A DNA stretch of 64,000 bases, taken from positions 19,541,741 to 19,605,740 of the forward strand of contig CM119270.1 in assembly GCA_051294375.1 (NCBI GenBank). Reading direction: 5' to 3'. Positions within the stretch are counted from its first letter, which is position 1. Each line of letters starts with the position of its first letter. The stretch comes from Paraspadella gotoi. Lineage: Eukaryota; Animalia; Chaetognatha. Positions 43,392 to 52,696 of this stretch are shown piece after piece. A program made the translations under genes and the position numbers. Under the pieces are notes generated by a model. The model made no database searches, was not told where the DNA came from, and was given only the letters and a program-made list of their open reading frames with translations.

Positions 43392-46300
43392 CAGAGAGAG
43401 AGAGAGAGAAACGAGACGTTGGACGTGGATTAGAAACGTCGTCGTCGTCGTCGGTCGTCGCGTCGTGTCGTTGGCAACTTTTGTCTTTACTCAGTCAGTG
43501 AAAGAGACATTTTAACTAACGCAATTTTCAATGAATGTTCCTTTGCGATAAAAAAAAGAATCTACATACAAGTACGCATTCCGTCTAGGAATTTCTGAGA
43601 CGCAAGCCTCTGTACTTGAGTACAAATGAGAATTTTAAAGAAAGTTTTGTCTTGATATTCAGAGTACACATTATGGCTACTTCCCCTTCGGTAAAGCCAT
43701 CTGCTCTACCGACCATATTTTGGGACATCAAAGAACTTATTGTAAATAGATTCCTTTCCAGCCAGATTGAACCTGAAACCTTTTCGTTAACATTGAAATC
43801 AGGGCGCGCTAATGTAATGCGGCCAAACTGATTTTTCAAAAAAATTTTGCTACAAATTAATTATATAAAGCCTGTAGGCTTCACTTTTAATTTTTTGGGG
43901 AAACCAAAAATTTCAACGTTCCAGTGGCAGATCCTGATTTTATTATTATTAGTAAGAAAGTAAATAAAAATCGCCGGCCGAATTCTTTAAAAATTCCAAT
44001 GCCCGCTAAGAAATATTTTGCTCCCTCTGTTCAAACGCCGGTCGCAAAACGTTACCTTATTTGGAAGTATTTTTAGAATTGTTTACTTTACAAATGTAAA
44101 CCAAATTTTCTCTTCTCTCGCCGTATAAAAAATGAATGCCACTTTGTACAATTAGCCAATCGATTCCATTCGCTTTTCTGATTTCAATAAATCGATTCAT
44201 CTCATTTGTTCGCTATTTTAATCTCGACCACCTCCACTGTTCGAAGGCCAGAGGATTTTCGACATACCGAGTCCCAAGTTTCCCGATTCGGACAGAACAG
44301 TCGCATACGACGACGTTAATACAATATCTGGCTTTATTTGTAATTCGTTGAAATTGGAAGGAAAAGTCAGTTGCCTCGACGCGACGTTGAAACATTTTTT
44401 CACCCTTGCTTTTAAGGTGTTTTAGTAAGTGTTTTTAACTAAGTTGCTTATTGTATCAATATTAATAAATAGGCCTAATGGAATTAGTAAATGATTGAGT
44501 AGAATGAAAGAATGAAATCTTCGTTTTCGAAAAAAAGATAATCTAAGTTTTTCGATTTGCATAAAAACAATCGTTTTGAGCAAACATGTCGGATTCTTCC
44601 TACAGTATTAGCAGTTAAATAACTAAATAACGAATGATAATTCCTTTGGTAAATGTTTTCTGAACCTTTAAAATTTATGATCTTAACAGATCATAACAAC
44701 GTTTGTAAACAATAAAAGAAAGTTTGAGCAAACAATGTCGGATCCTGCCACAACGATCAATTATCAGTAATTAATTAATAATTAATTTCAAGTTAATTAC
44801 ATTAATTATTTTGATCCCAATAGATGTTTGTTTTGAATTGATTGATTAATTAATTGGACTTATTAATTTAACTGATTTAATTAGTTTGATTAATTAATAC
44901 ATCTTGCATTTATATTTAATATAAAAAAGCATAAATCAATTAGTGAAACACGTTTTGTTTTTTTCCATTTTAACATCAATTTCCTCAAACGATTCCATCG
45001 AAACTTGATTTCCCAGTTTTTAATTACAACAGGTCGATATATATGATCTGTGAATATGATTGTCTGCACCAAAACCTTTTTCTACCCACATACAAAATTT
45101 CAAGGTCAATCTCCCATCCGTAATTTGGTGTCAATAGTGAAATATATTTTTTCCAGAATCTGACCTAAAAAAGAAAAGAAAACCAAAATTCTATATTGAG
45201 GTTTTTTGATTCTTTTTTTAATACGAGATGGCCGAGTGGTTAACAACTAAGACTTCGACGCAGAATGGAATGGGAAGGATCGAATCCCACTCAAAGTAAA
45301 CTTTACAATAAACTGCTATGTCCCAAAAAGTGGTCGTAGAGCAATGCTTACCGAAGGGGGAGTAGCCATATGAGTACTCAATATACAAGACAAAAACCTC
45401 TCTTTTCAAAATTATCATTTGTACTCGAGTTACAAGAGCTTGCCGTCTCAGAAATTCTAGACGGATGCTAACTGTACCATTATATACTTAAAATTGAATA
45501 TAGATAAAAGTTCCCGGGATTGGTCAAATTACAAATTTTAGGTTTTAGGTTAACCCTACGCATTTGCTTGAAAATTTTAGAAAAAAAAAATTACTCAAAA
45601 GAGAAAACGAAAGTAATGAAATAAATAAAATTTATTTTAAGACAAAATACAGCGTCAATCTTCGGCCGATGCATTATCGGCGTTTTAAAACCACTAAGCA
45701 AATGGAAAACGCCGACACGCAAGTTCAATTTGTTAGTATTCGGAAATTGATGGCTTTCAGCAAATTTAAAGTGTCCCTTGTCATTATTGAATCTTGTGTT
45801 TATTGTTTTTGTACATTGTTTTTCTTGTCATTATTTCTTTAATTGCTTGCGAACTTGTGAAAGACAGCGCGAGTAACAACGCGCAACCTTGATTTCTGCC
45901 CCTCTTCTTTTCCTCACTCACTCAATATCGACTTAACATCATAACTTAGTCACTTACTCTCTCACTTCACTCTATAATTATTTCTTTACTGAATATGCTT
46001 TGTCCTGTTTACACGCCACTGTCCAAGTAAATATTGACACATCACGCAATTATTTTCACCGAGTTCCACAAAATTAATTTTCTCACCATCTGAAATTATT
46101 GCGTTAAGCACGACCTGCACATTTTGGTTAATAACTTTTGAAACTAACTTGAAAATTTTTTAAAAATATTTTTTTTTTAGGTAAATGTTTTAGATGTTGT
46201 TAAAATTAACGATTAAAAGTTCAACTTGATGAGTTTTACGGTGGCTAAGTGTTTGATAGTGATTGAAATGATGTTATTCTAGGTATTTTTGCCAGTTATT

Positions 46301-47577
46301 GGGTCATATTAACTCAAGTAATTTTTTAAAAGTTCTATATATATACGATAATTTGGAATCAGCTTTGGAACCCCTCGTTTGCCTTGGGACAGAGAAATTT
46401 AATATAAACTGCATATCTCAAAAAAAAGACAAAATGTTTAATCTGTAATCCAAGTTTTCTATGGGTAATATTTTTTTATTATTTGGGGTTGTCCTTAGGT
46501 TAAAGCTCTTACCTGATTTAAAATCATCAAGTAATTTGATTAATTATTTTTGATTATTTAGTTGTTGAAAAAGTTTTTTAAAACTCATTTATGTTGATAA
46601 CTCCTAAATGTTTTTTTTAATACCTCTCTGAAATTAATGGTAATTTTATATTGGTTGTACCAATTTTCATAACATGTGCGGGTTTATGATTAGTCGATTT
46701 TTATGCGACCAAAAATAAAACAAAATTAAAAAGAAATAGCTGTTTTACAAGCAACAAAAAACAAAAATAATCAAGCCTTTCAAGCGCAAAATTTTTGAAT
46801 TTGATTATTTTCCAGTCCAGAGGTGGGCAATAGAGCAAATTTTCCTTCATCTTTTTACGAATCTTAGCTCAATTATAACGATAAGTTTATGGAGTATTTC
46901 ATGATCCCTGAATACTTCTAGGAGTCTAGAAAAATGGTTACTGTACTAAAGAGAAATTTTTCCAGCTTAATAAAATAATTTTTTATTAAAAACGCTAAAA
47001 CCAACAAAAATATTCGAAGACAAAAAGAAAAAGAAAATATAAAAAAAATAAACCACAAACAACAACAAACAACAACAACAATAGACGACGAACCTAAAAC
47101 TAAATAACTAGGGAAGAACTTTCGGCGGAATTGGAAAAAAAAGAAAAAAAAAAAAGCGACTGCTCTTTTATTTTTATTTTTTTTGGCCCAAATTACTTGT
47201 CTTTTGTTTTAACTTCGGATTCGAGTGAAACCCGCGAAAAAGAGTGACATCTAGTTACTCAGTTGACAAACGAAAAAAAAGAGAGAATTAAAAACAAAAA
47301 GAGAAAAGGAAAATAAAAGAAAGCTGTCGATGGGCGGAGGCTTGTAAAATAAAAGGGGTCGAGTAGATGAGAGAGAGAGAGAGAGAGAAGAGAGAGAGAG
47401 GAGAAGAGGAGAGAGAGAGAGAGAAGAGAGAGGAGAGAGAGAGAGAGAGAGCCCACAGAACAAATAAAAGAAAGAAGTGAAGAGAGTGAAAACGAACTTC
47501 TCTTCCTTCTCCTCCCATCATTTACTTGAACAGATGTAGATCTACCCGAGTCTTCTCTCTCCTTCTTCTCTCTCTCA

Positions 47578-47609
<32 letters not shown>

Positions 47610-49077
47610 CTCCATCTCCTCCCCTTCTGCGCATATAATTTTTCAATTTTTTTCTCACTTTCACTGCAGATTGAAAACAATACTACGACGTTTCTAAACT
47701 TTTTTCTCCTGCCATAATGTTTTCATATAGCTTATTCTTTAATGTTTTTATCAACCTGCTTATTCTTTAATGTTTATCATAGCTTACTATTTATGTAATT
47801 CAATGTATCTCACCCATTGCTACTCCCCCAACACCCCCCCTTCTTTCAACTCAATTGGACAGGTGTAGCTCCAGGCATCTCCATTTTTTCTATCGCGTGA
47901 CAGAAGTTACTCCCACCGCTTCGACAAACTTCACGTCGTTTTTGTCAATGCAGCTCCCCGCTCTGCACTCCTCTACTACTCGACAGATGCAAAACCGACA
48001 CCTGCCAACCTCTATCCCACTTCGCTCGACAGATGCAGCACCTACGCACCCACCCAAACCCCTCTCCCCACTACTTGACAGACGCAGCTCCCAGCACCTC
48101 TCCTCACTACTCGACAGATGCAAACACCGGCACTGCAACCTCTATCCCACCACTCGCTCTGACAGATGCAGCACCTAGCACGTCCGCCCAACCTCTCCGC
48201 CACTAACTTGACAGATCGCAGCTCCACACGCGCTCTCCTCACTCACCGGACGGATGCAAAACCCGGACACACCCCACCCCTCTCGCCCACTCACTTGACA
48301 GGTGTAGCTCCCGGCGTTCTCTCCGCTCGGCGGCGCTGACGTACAAGTTTCCATCGCGAGAGACAAGAAAATGCGGGAATCGTCTTCGACGTCCGTCGCG
48401 TCCCGAGAGGCGTTGTCCGTTGCCAGGAGAAGCGAAGGGCTGTGGAAGGGGTTGGTGTTTGGATGTGGGGAGTGGGATTGTGGGGTTGGGGTGTAAGGGT
48501 TGGGAAGGGGGTTTGGGAAAAGGTGGGGTAAGGGCGGTTGGATTGGTGAAAAAGGTCAGTGATGGAAGAATTTAGGGGTAAGTAAAAAACACGGACTTAA
48601 AAGTGGATGTTTTTTTCTAAAATAATGATTTAAATGTCTGACATAACATAGTTTTTGTTTTTAATCATAAAAAAATTGATTTGTGATAAGACTTTTTGTT
48701 TAAAAAAGAAATTATTTAAAAAAAATTGCCAATTTTTAAAAAAAGGGGAAAAACTGTTTATTATCAATTGAATTTAAAATTTTTGTAAAATTTAACCAGA
48801 AAGTAGTAGAATAAAACAAATTGGAATTACCTTATATTTAACTATTACTATTACTGTTCCGAAAATACTAACGTTCTAACTTTCATAAAACTTTCATATA
48901 TAAACTAGCGATGATATTACAAATATAATATTGATATTTTTGGTTAAACAATCGCGTTGTGCAGTCAAGTGACGAAAGAATAAAAAATGAAAATAAAAAG
49001 GAAAAAAAATTCGCTTCATCCCCCAAGAAAAAAAAGCTAAAACGACATCGATTCGCCAAATTTGTCCACCGGGAGTA

Positions 49078-49109
<32 letters not shown>

Positions 49110-52100
49110 ATTCCTTTTTCCAATTTAAAAGAGGAAACTCGATTCTAATCGGAGAAAAATCAGAAAAGAAAAATCCTCGACTTTTGTTTTCAACAAAAAA
49201 AATTTAGAGAAGAGATGATCTACGCGCAGATGGTGACAGATGTTTGAAATCACAGATGGTGAAAGATGTTGAAGTTGTCGACGATGACTTCGATATTTTA
49301 AAAGTGTCTAACTTTACCCACTTCTCCATCGAGAACACTTCCCTCCGACCACTTCAATCTCATTTGCATTTAGTCGTTTTGGAATTGAGTCAAAATAAAT
49401 TTATCACCTCTGTCGTTTAATGGTCTAAAGTCCTTCCATTAATTACTGCAATTGATGATAATAATTGATAAGACGCTAACTTACCCTAACTTCCCCTTAC
49501 CCGGGAAATGCGGCGGGGGTCGGCAAGGGACCCGGATCATCGCGAATTCGTCTGCTGTGATCGGACGTCGAAGTGAAACGAAATCTTTGAGAAAACCGAA
49601 TCCGATTTCCGCCGGTGAAGATTTGATGGAACCGAAGTCGTTGCGGGCGACGCAGTGATATCTAATGGGAGGCGGAATAGGAAGAGGATTGTGAACGATG
49701 ATGAAAAGAAAAGGACAAAGTCGAGAATGACAACGAGGACAATGAAAATTTAAACTAATGACAATTTAAACTAAAGTTAAACAATTTGAATTTTAAACTT
49801 AATTCGAGCTGAAGAAGGTTAACGCATAACGGCAACGGTTCCGTTTTTCATGTAGTAAACAAAAATTTTTCTCTCGTTGTATTTACTTAATTAAAAAAAA
49901 ATATTTATAACAATTTAAATTCAAAATTTTAAAAATGAGTCAGAAAATAATCGATCAACCCGAAATTAAATATATTTTAAAGCTAATTACGGCGAATATA
50001 ACGACGACTACAACATAAACAACAAGATTCGATCATCGATGAAAATTAAATAACCACAAAATCAACAACAACGACGACGACAACAACAACGATCCTTACT
50101 TTCCCGCGTCCTCAGTCCGCGAGGGTGAGTGAATGGTAAGTCTCCCGTTGCTCAAAGTGTATCTCATGTCGGAGAAAAGATCGAGACGTCGTCGATCCTT
50201 CCACCATTCGTAACTGCAGGTGGGGAAGGGGAAGGGGAAGGAATCTCCTGCTCTGTGAAAAAAAAATGTCATTTTCCTTTATCTTTTAATGCAAACTAAA
50301 AAGCTTGTTCACACTGCTTGTTATTCATTAATAAAGTTGTAAAAAAATTATATTAAGCTGTAACATATTTGACAAGCAAAACATCATTTGTATTAATTTG
50401 TATTGATAATTTTTTTTAAATAGCAAGGAATTTAATTTTATTATTTATCACCATTTTAATAAGAAAAAATATTTCTCGTAATAGCCATTGGGAAAATGGT
50501 TCATTGACTGACTTAATGATTAAAATTTTTTAGATTTCTTTACTGCTCCATTTCACAAGATTATTAAAAGTCATGGTTATCATGTCAATACAGTCCAGAT
50601 TATCTGTACCCTTTCTGAACCTGCATTCCAAATTTTCTTTTTTTTCCCTTTCAAATGTATTAAACAAAAACAATTTATTTGAGATTAACAATCGGCATGG
50701 AGGATGCCATGGTAAGCCTTAGTCCCCACTTCCCGATTGATTTTTAAATGAGGTTTTTTTTCCATTCCTATTTGAGACATAAGGACTACTATTAGTTACT
50801 ATTATTTTTATTTTTTATTACATTCTATGAAATAAATATGAATAAGTAACTTTTTTAACAAACTTTACATCTTTCACCCTATATTCAGTCAATCAAAAAA
50901 ACAAAAAAAAGATATTTGCAAATTGATATTTTGGAATCAGCATATTGAAACCTATAACGTTTCAAAAAATAAAAAGAAAATTATAATATATTTGAACAGT
51001 GAATTTTTATGCACGGAACAGGTAGACAGGCCACGCAGAGTTTTCCATTGTGTCTTAGGGGACCAGTTGCTGTTAGGAGTGTGAGAATTAGGGTTGGGGA
51101 TTAGAATATTAAGGAACAGAAGTTTTGGCGCTTTTAGGAAAATAGTGCAAAAAAAAAACTTTATTGCTAAAGAACCGATTGAGGCCGGTGAAACTCGAAG
51201 TGAGAGAATTAGGTAGGTTACCTCACGGCAGAATTGGGTAGGTTTACCCCACGGCATGAGCTTGTGAGTAAATGCTTCACAAGGAAAGCTGCATATTAAA
51301 ACTAAAAGAACTTGATGTTGGTAATGTTCAATTAGGACAAACCATTCTTGCGCATTAATGTTGCGGGCTGTAAAGGTGAAGATAAAAACTAACTCACCTT
51401 CGGCGTCNNNNNNNNNNNNNNNNNNNNNNNNNCTAACCCTAATTTATAATCCTTAATTCTAATCCCTAACCAGAAACCCTAATCTCTGAGCTTAATCCTT
51501 AAAGAAATCTCTAACCAAATCCTCAACCTAACCTATAACCTTTATTCCTAAACTAACCCCAACCTTGAACCCCTAACCAATTCATTACATTTCAAAAACT
51601 AACCTAATTTCAACTGAAATTAAGAACTTTTGGAAAATACGGCTTTATTTATTANNNNNNNNNNNNNNNNNNNNNNNNNNNNNNNNNNNNNNNNNNNNNN
51701 NNNNNNNNNNNNNNNNNNNNNNNNNNNNNNNNNNNNNNNNNNNNNNNNNNNNNNNNNNNNNNNNNNNNNNNNNNNNNNNNNNNNNNNNNNNNNNNNNNNN
51801 NNNNNNNNNNNNNNNNNNNNNNNNNNNNNNNNNNNNNNNNNNNNNNNNTGGGTTCGAGACTGAATCGAGGTCCGCGAGGGACGAACTCTGCGTCGCGAAT
51901 TTGTTCGCTCAAACCTGATTCGATGAGGTTTCGAGTATTGTTAAATAATTGATAATGATTAATAAGGCTGGCGGGGGTCTTGTTTCGTCGTTATCTCGTG
52001 AGAGGCCTTCACTTGAGAATAGATCGCTTAATGTAAGAAGCCAAGATCTTGTTTACTAAATGAATGAATGATTTTCTTTTTTTTCAATTTGATTATTAAT

Positions 52101-52696
52101 TTACTAATTTACTGTTCTCAGATAAACACTTTTAAACAGTCCTTTTTTAATTCATTTTTTAAAAAATATGTTCAATTGGGCGCTTATTGGTTATCCTATT
52201 CTAAATAGGTTAACCTTATAAGTAAAACATATTATTTTTTTGTACAATGACTCACCGTATCTGTGATCCCGGTTTTCGTCGACAATGTTGTGAACGTCCG
52301 CGCGGGGAATTTCGCAGACAAAAGGCAAAGTGGCGCTGCGGTCGACTCGATCCCACCCCCACGTTTGGCCTGACAAAAGACAAACGCCGAAAGTCGAAAA
52401 ATGAAAATGCTTTGAATCATATCAATCAATCTTTAAAATTATAATCAAATCACAATAAAATATTTAAAAAAATTTAGTTAAAAACAAATCCCCCCCCCCA
52501 CAAAAAAAATAATCACAACGTAAGATGAAAAAAATAATTGATTAAAGCGCTCCCGTCACGAAAACTTCTACTCAAAACAAAACGGAAACAAATCGAGGGA
52601 TCTCAGGAAAAAGAAAACAAAAGGCCTCACCGATTCTTCGGTAAATGATGATCTCTCCCTCCGCTAGGGCGACGCGACCTCCGTACTTTTGTCGTC
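18436..52696 (-). CDS. Cont: Contactin (C-type lectin, multiple Ig and FN3 domains), multi-exon, minus strand
   Basis: Chain of mostly phase-compatible GT-AG exons: CTL end (WGWDRVDRSATLPFVCEI), RGPRF linker, Ig motifs (DAGKYHC, NAGSYTC, DAGVYQC, DSGMYQC, DAGEYMC, QAGKYTC), FN3 motifs including contactin-typical GGGGGRVGDLQIRWTPL. The order matches invertebrate contactin. Confidence 0.92.
18799..18877 (-). CDS. Cont: Contactin FN3 exon
   Basis: VRLWSGDTAIPDHTAQDFTILGPHLT; phases match neighbouring exons. Confidence 0.8.
19148..19308 (-). CDS. Cont: Contactin FN3 exon (5' part lies in a gap)
   Basis: PRSDFIRVRTLKSAPQLPPATVQIYSIREDSIKVTWSPV...LTGYK. Confidence 0.88.
19954..20106 (-). CDS. Cont: Contactin FN3 exon (indels)
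   Basis: QAFNHLGF.PNSSVVVIRSA...PQVAPRSV...ILVTWRPVE after indel correction. Confidence 0.75.
20500..20565 (-). CDS. Cont: Contactin FN3 exon
   Basis: GALKQYVAKVNPEDYYKEYEVQ. Confidence 0.8.
20811..21187 (-). CDS. Cont: Contactin FN3 exon
   Basis: GLSPGTEHSFRLTAVNMMGKGAPSLP...GGGGGRVGDLQIRWTPL; 3' part is noisy. Confidence 0.88.
21375..21466 (-). CDS. Cont: Contactin FN3 exon
   Basis: DSVRLRWSSGNSHGRPIQYYVVEAKSQWHP. Confidence 0.9.
21859..22025 (-). CDS. Cont: Contactin Ig/FN3 junction exon
   Basis: GDLKISDAGFSQAGKYTCVAKTTVD...GPPGSPGGV. Confidence 0.92.
22632..22744 (-). CDS. Cont: Contactin Ig exon
   Basis: TVHCKAAAHHMLDLTYVWKKNDVMID. Confidence 0.9.
22770..22864 (+). repeat. (GAAA)n microsatellite
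   Basis: Perfect tetranucleotide array. Confidence 0.95.
22894..22994 (-). CDS. Cont: Contactin Ig exon
   Basis: GRASSSGHLYVVPKTVINEGDSTMGVDILFGSS. Confidence 0.85.
23377..23565 (-). CDS. Cont: Contactin Ig exon
   Basis: TIIACSPEAAPFPEFRWTKDG...NGNLLIQKVSMEDAGEYMCEASNSK. Confidence 0.92.
23955..24188 (+). repeat. Minisatellite of CCCAACCACAGC-type units adjoining a contactin donor
   Basis: Tandem 12/18-bp units. Confidence 0.85.
24190..24302 (-). CDS. Cont: Contactin Ig exon
   Basis: [33 protein letters not shown]. Confidence 0.92.
25072..25749 (+). CDS. Nested putative HEPN-domain protein, copy 1 (225 aa; basic K/H/P/T-rich tail, no CaaX)
   Basis: Intact ORF; DPHQETQARKLLMSGEKSLQKL...ARNKHAHQW...LGFY is shared with three nearby paralogs. 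Confidence 0.85.
   Translation: MAAAKSKSVIDPHQETQARKLLMSGEKSLQKLASSRGLGGAASQGDINPLAKRLVQSGKLSTKDQQKVEDLVTARNKHAHQWNQKDVRGREAIVGELVKGVTALGFYNSQGKEYATKGSGMFVKKTPHPSQQFHGKPTQSHPQKKHTSPGHTKPVHAHHPTQAKTTHYKESTGQAKPTKQTPATHGPSKVSQAPSARKKTVQTTTKAKGGPSSTKKTFHDKPGRK
26498..26668. repeat. Fold-back element (~50-bp inverted arms) containing a degenerate hammerhead-like motif on the minus strand
   Basis: ttagagaattgac...tagttgaaca pairs with tgttcaacta...gtcaattctctaa; the minus strand reads ATGAAGACTTG-taaaa-CAAGTCGAAACATGTC. Confidence 0.8.
27630..28709 (+). CDS. Nested putative HEPN-domain protein, copy 2 (exons 27630-27767, 28308-28709; 179 aa; ends CCVIL)
   Basis: MGRKKKQKVEFDPQQESRVRQRLILAEKSLQRL...NK|DITALV...ARNRHAHKW...LGFF...QQECCVIL*; removing a phase-0 GT-AG intron restores alignment to the paralogs. 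Confidence 0.88.
28110..28300 (+). repeat. CCAATCACCC-type minisatellite in the intron of HEPN copy 2
   Basis: Repeated ccaatcacccgcc/ccacctatcctc units. Confidence 0.7.
30551..30966 (+). pseudogene. Nested putative HEPN-domain protein, copy 3 (two frameshifts; ends CCVVL)
   Basis: DADQEARARQLVILGEKSLERL; shift ~30670; MARNRHAHDW; shift ~30812; LGFYDPRN...DSCCVVL*. Either a pseudogene or sequencing errors. Confidence 0.8.
31485..32644 (+). CDS. Nested SPOP/TDPOZ-like BTB/POZ(-BACK) protein (exons 31485-31649, 31730-32644)
   Basis: DVTIEVDGQELKVHRFVLKARSTYFAQMFSSRMIENKTGRVKI...ILKYLYAG...LKRLCLNFV...TEGWKRL; phase-0 GT-AG intron; the divergent N-terminus may be a MATH-like domain. Confidence 0.9.
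33480..33540 (+). mobile_element. tRNA-like SINE fragment
   Basis: ccaacccaaaggtcgggggttctagcccgg (B-box-like), nearly identical to the minus-strand sequence at ~63165-63200. Confidence 0.45.
33656..35020 (+). CDS. Nested putative HEPN-domain protein, copy 4 (454 aa; repeat-expanded linker; ends CCVIM)
   Basis: Intact ORF; DPDQEVRVRQLLILGKMSLKRL...ARNSHAHDW...MGFYDPRN; 35-aa tandem repeats; EQCCVIM*. Confidence 0.9.
   Translation: MSSFNPPPHHFNSTKFQIDPDQEVRVRQLLILGKMSLKRLINRYGLNPLQFDKDITLLVRELECSGKMSPEEHRWVNMLRSARNSHAHDWDNVGRRNTIMTDLETAISEMGFYDPRNGDYFENVVEPVFQPPTRSPMEGSVSTLVEPHTVLTKQVEPKRFYELRNRNYFVNTVEPVSQLPECRLPEYRLPEHQFTQYQSPEQSKPVFIPTTKNTTPISNMMATNQCCTVSPVLSDWKAHSVKSIVEKKRADSVKSPIWSPMEGSVSILVEPDPVPTKQVEPKRLYESQKGDYCRNIEGFGPKRSKLKGLSTVCDEPKHVEPQRADLKGVEPKSLVAKCAKPERLSTVCDEPKHVEPRQADLKGVEPKSLVPNGAKPKCLSTVCNDPKRVEPQQADHKGVQPKSFVPKCAKQKRLSTVGDDAKPKRDQPKQIKPTVTNDEPIGNLAPREQCCVIM
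34580..34940 (+). repeat. Coding 105-bp (35-aa) tandem repeat, ~3.5 copies
   Basis: tgtcgacagt recurs at 34581, 34686, 34791, 34896 (LSTVCDEPKHVEP.. units). Confidence 0.92.
35206..35345. repeat. Near-perfect palindrome / MITE-like hairpin
   Basis: ttattacaatgatattagatggtaagcataatattttt...aaaaatattatgcttaccatctaatatcattgtaataa with an inner acgtacgtaatattacgtacgt palindrome. Confidence 0.85.
35574..35798 (-). CDS. Cont: Contactin Ig exon
   Basis: KPTFDIPLQDKHVDSGRDLTWTCTARAHPEPVYVWLKN...VESDSG; splices in phase to GMYQC at 24302. Confidence 0.92.
35945..36310 (+). repeat. (TTTA)n microsatellite
   Basis: Long tetranucleotide array. Confidence 0.95.
36479..36671 (-). CDS. Cont: Contactin Ig exon
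   Basis: GFPTPTYQWHRLD...LLPDAKLEDAGVYQCSSHNNRG. Confidence 0.92.
39031..39076 (+). ncRNA. Minimal type-I hammerhead ribozyme motif (Penelope/retrozyme-like)
   Basis: ttg-CTGATGA-a-GGCTTG aagtaaa CAAGCC-GAAA-c at GTC^caa: both core boxes, 6-bp stem II, palindromic minimal stem III, GUC cleavage triplet. Confidence 0.7.
41946..42049 (-). CDS. Cont: Contactin Ig exon
   Basis: APVIADGFPAVFPRDPISGQNVTIECVAS. Confidence 0.9.
42288..42384 (-). CDS. Cont: Contactin Ig exon
   Basis: VENVIAEERSNETLKRKSPIIAVQIVDKV; follows YTCQ in phase. Confidence 0.8.
43575..43750 (-). mobile_element. Truncated second copy of the SINE-like repeat, inverted relative to 45222-45470
   Basis: ccgtctaggaatttctgagacg...gagtacaaatga...ggctacttccccttcggtaa...tttgggacat is the reverse complement of ~45300-45468. 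Confidence 0.7.
45222..45470 (+). mobile_element. tRNA-derived SINE-like element
   Basis: A-box TGGCCGAGTGG, B-box-like GGATCGAATCCC, 3' hairpin CCGTCT...AGACGG; second copy nearby. Confidence 0.65.
47856..48312 (-). repeat. Minisatellite made of decayed copies of a contactin exon end plus donor
   Basis: Repeated minus-strand units resembling GGAGCTACACCTGTCAA-GTGAGTGG, ~36-48 bp each. Confidence 0.8.
48295..48439 (-). CDS. Cont: Contactin Ig exon (indels)
   Basis: LRFSWQR...DSRIFLS.DGNLYVSAA...NAGSYTCQ. Confidence 0.8.
49501..49661 (-). CDS. Cont: Contactin Ig exon
   Basis: YHCVARNDFGSIKSSPAEIGFGFLKDF...VPCRPPPHFP. Confidence 0.9.
50100..50247 (-). CDS. Cont: Contactin Ig exon (5' boundary uncertain)
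   Basis: YEWWKDRRRLDLFSDMRYTLSNGRLTIHSPSRTEDAGK. Confidence 0.85.
51849..51914 (-). CDS. Cont: Contactin exon (runs into a gap)
   Basis: GLSEQIRDAEFVPRGPRFSLEP. Confidence 0.8.
52256..52369 (-). CDS. Cont: Contactin C-type lectin C-terminal exon
   Basis: QTWGWDRVDRSATLPFVCEIPRADVHNIVDENRDHRYG. Confidence 0.85.
52631..52696 (-). CDS. Cont: Contactin lectin-region exon
   Basis: RQKYGGRVALAEGEIIIYRRI; phase 1 at both ends, matches the next exon. Confidence 0.65.

Noticed and set aside
45222-45300. Functional tRNA gene
   Set aside because: A/B boxes are present but there is no convincing cloverleaf, and it continues into a body repeated elsewhere; better explained as a SINE.
51433-51610. Telomere-like TAACCC runs (also ~62715-62785, ~35520-35565)
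   Set aside because: Highly degenerate and short; probably parts of interspersed repeats rather than telomeric arrays.
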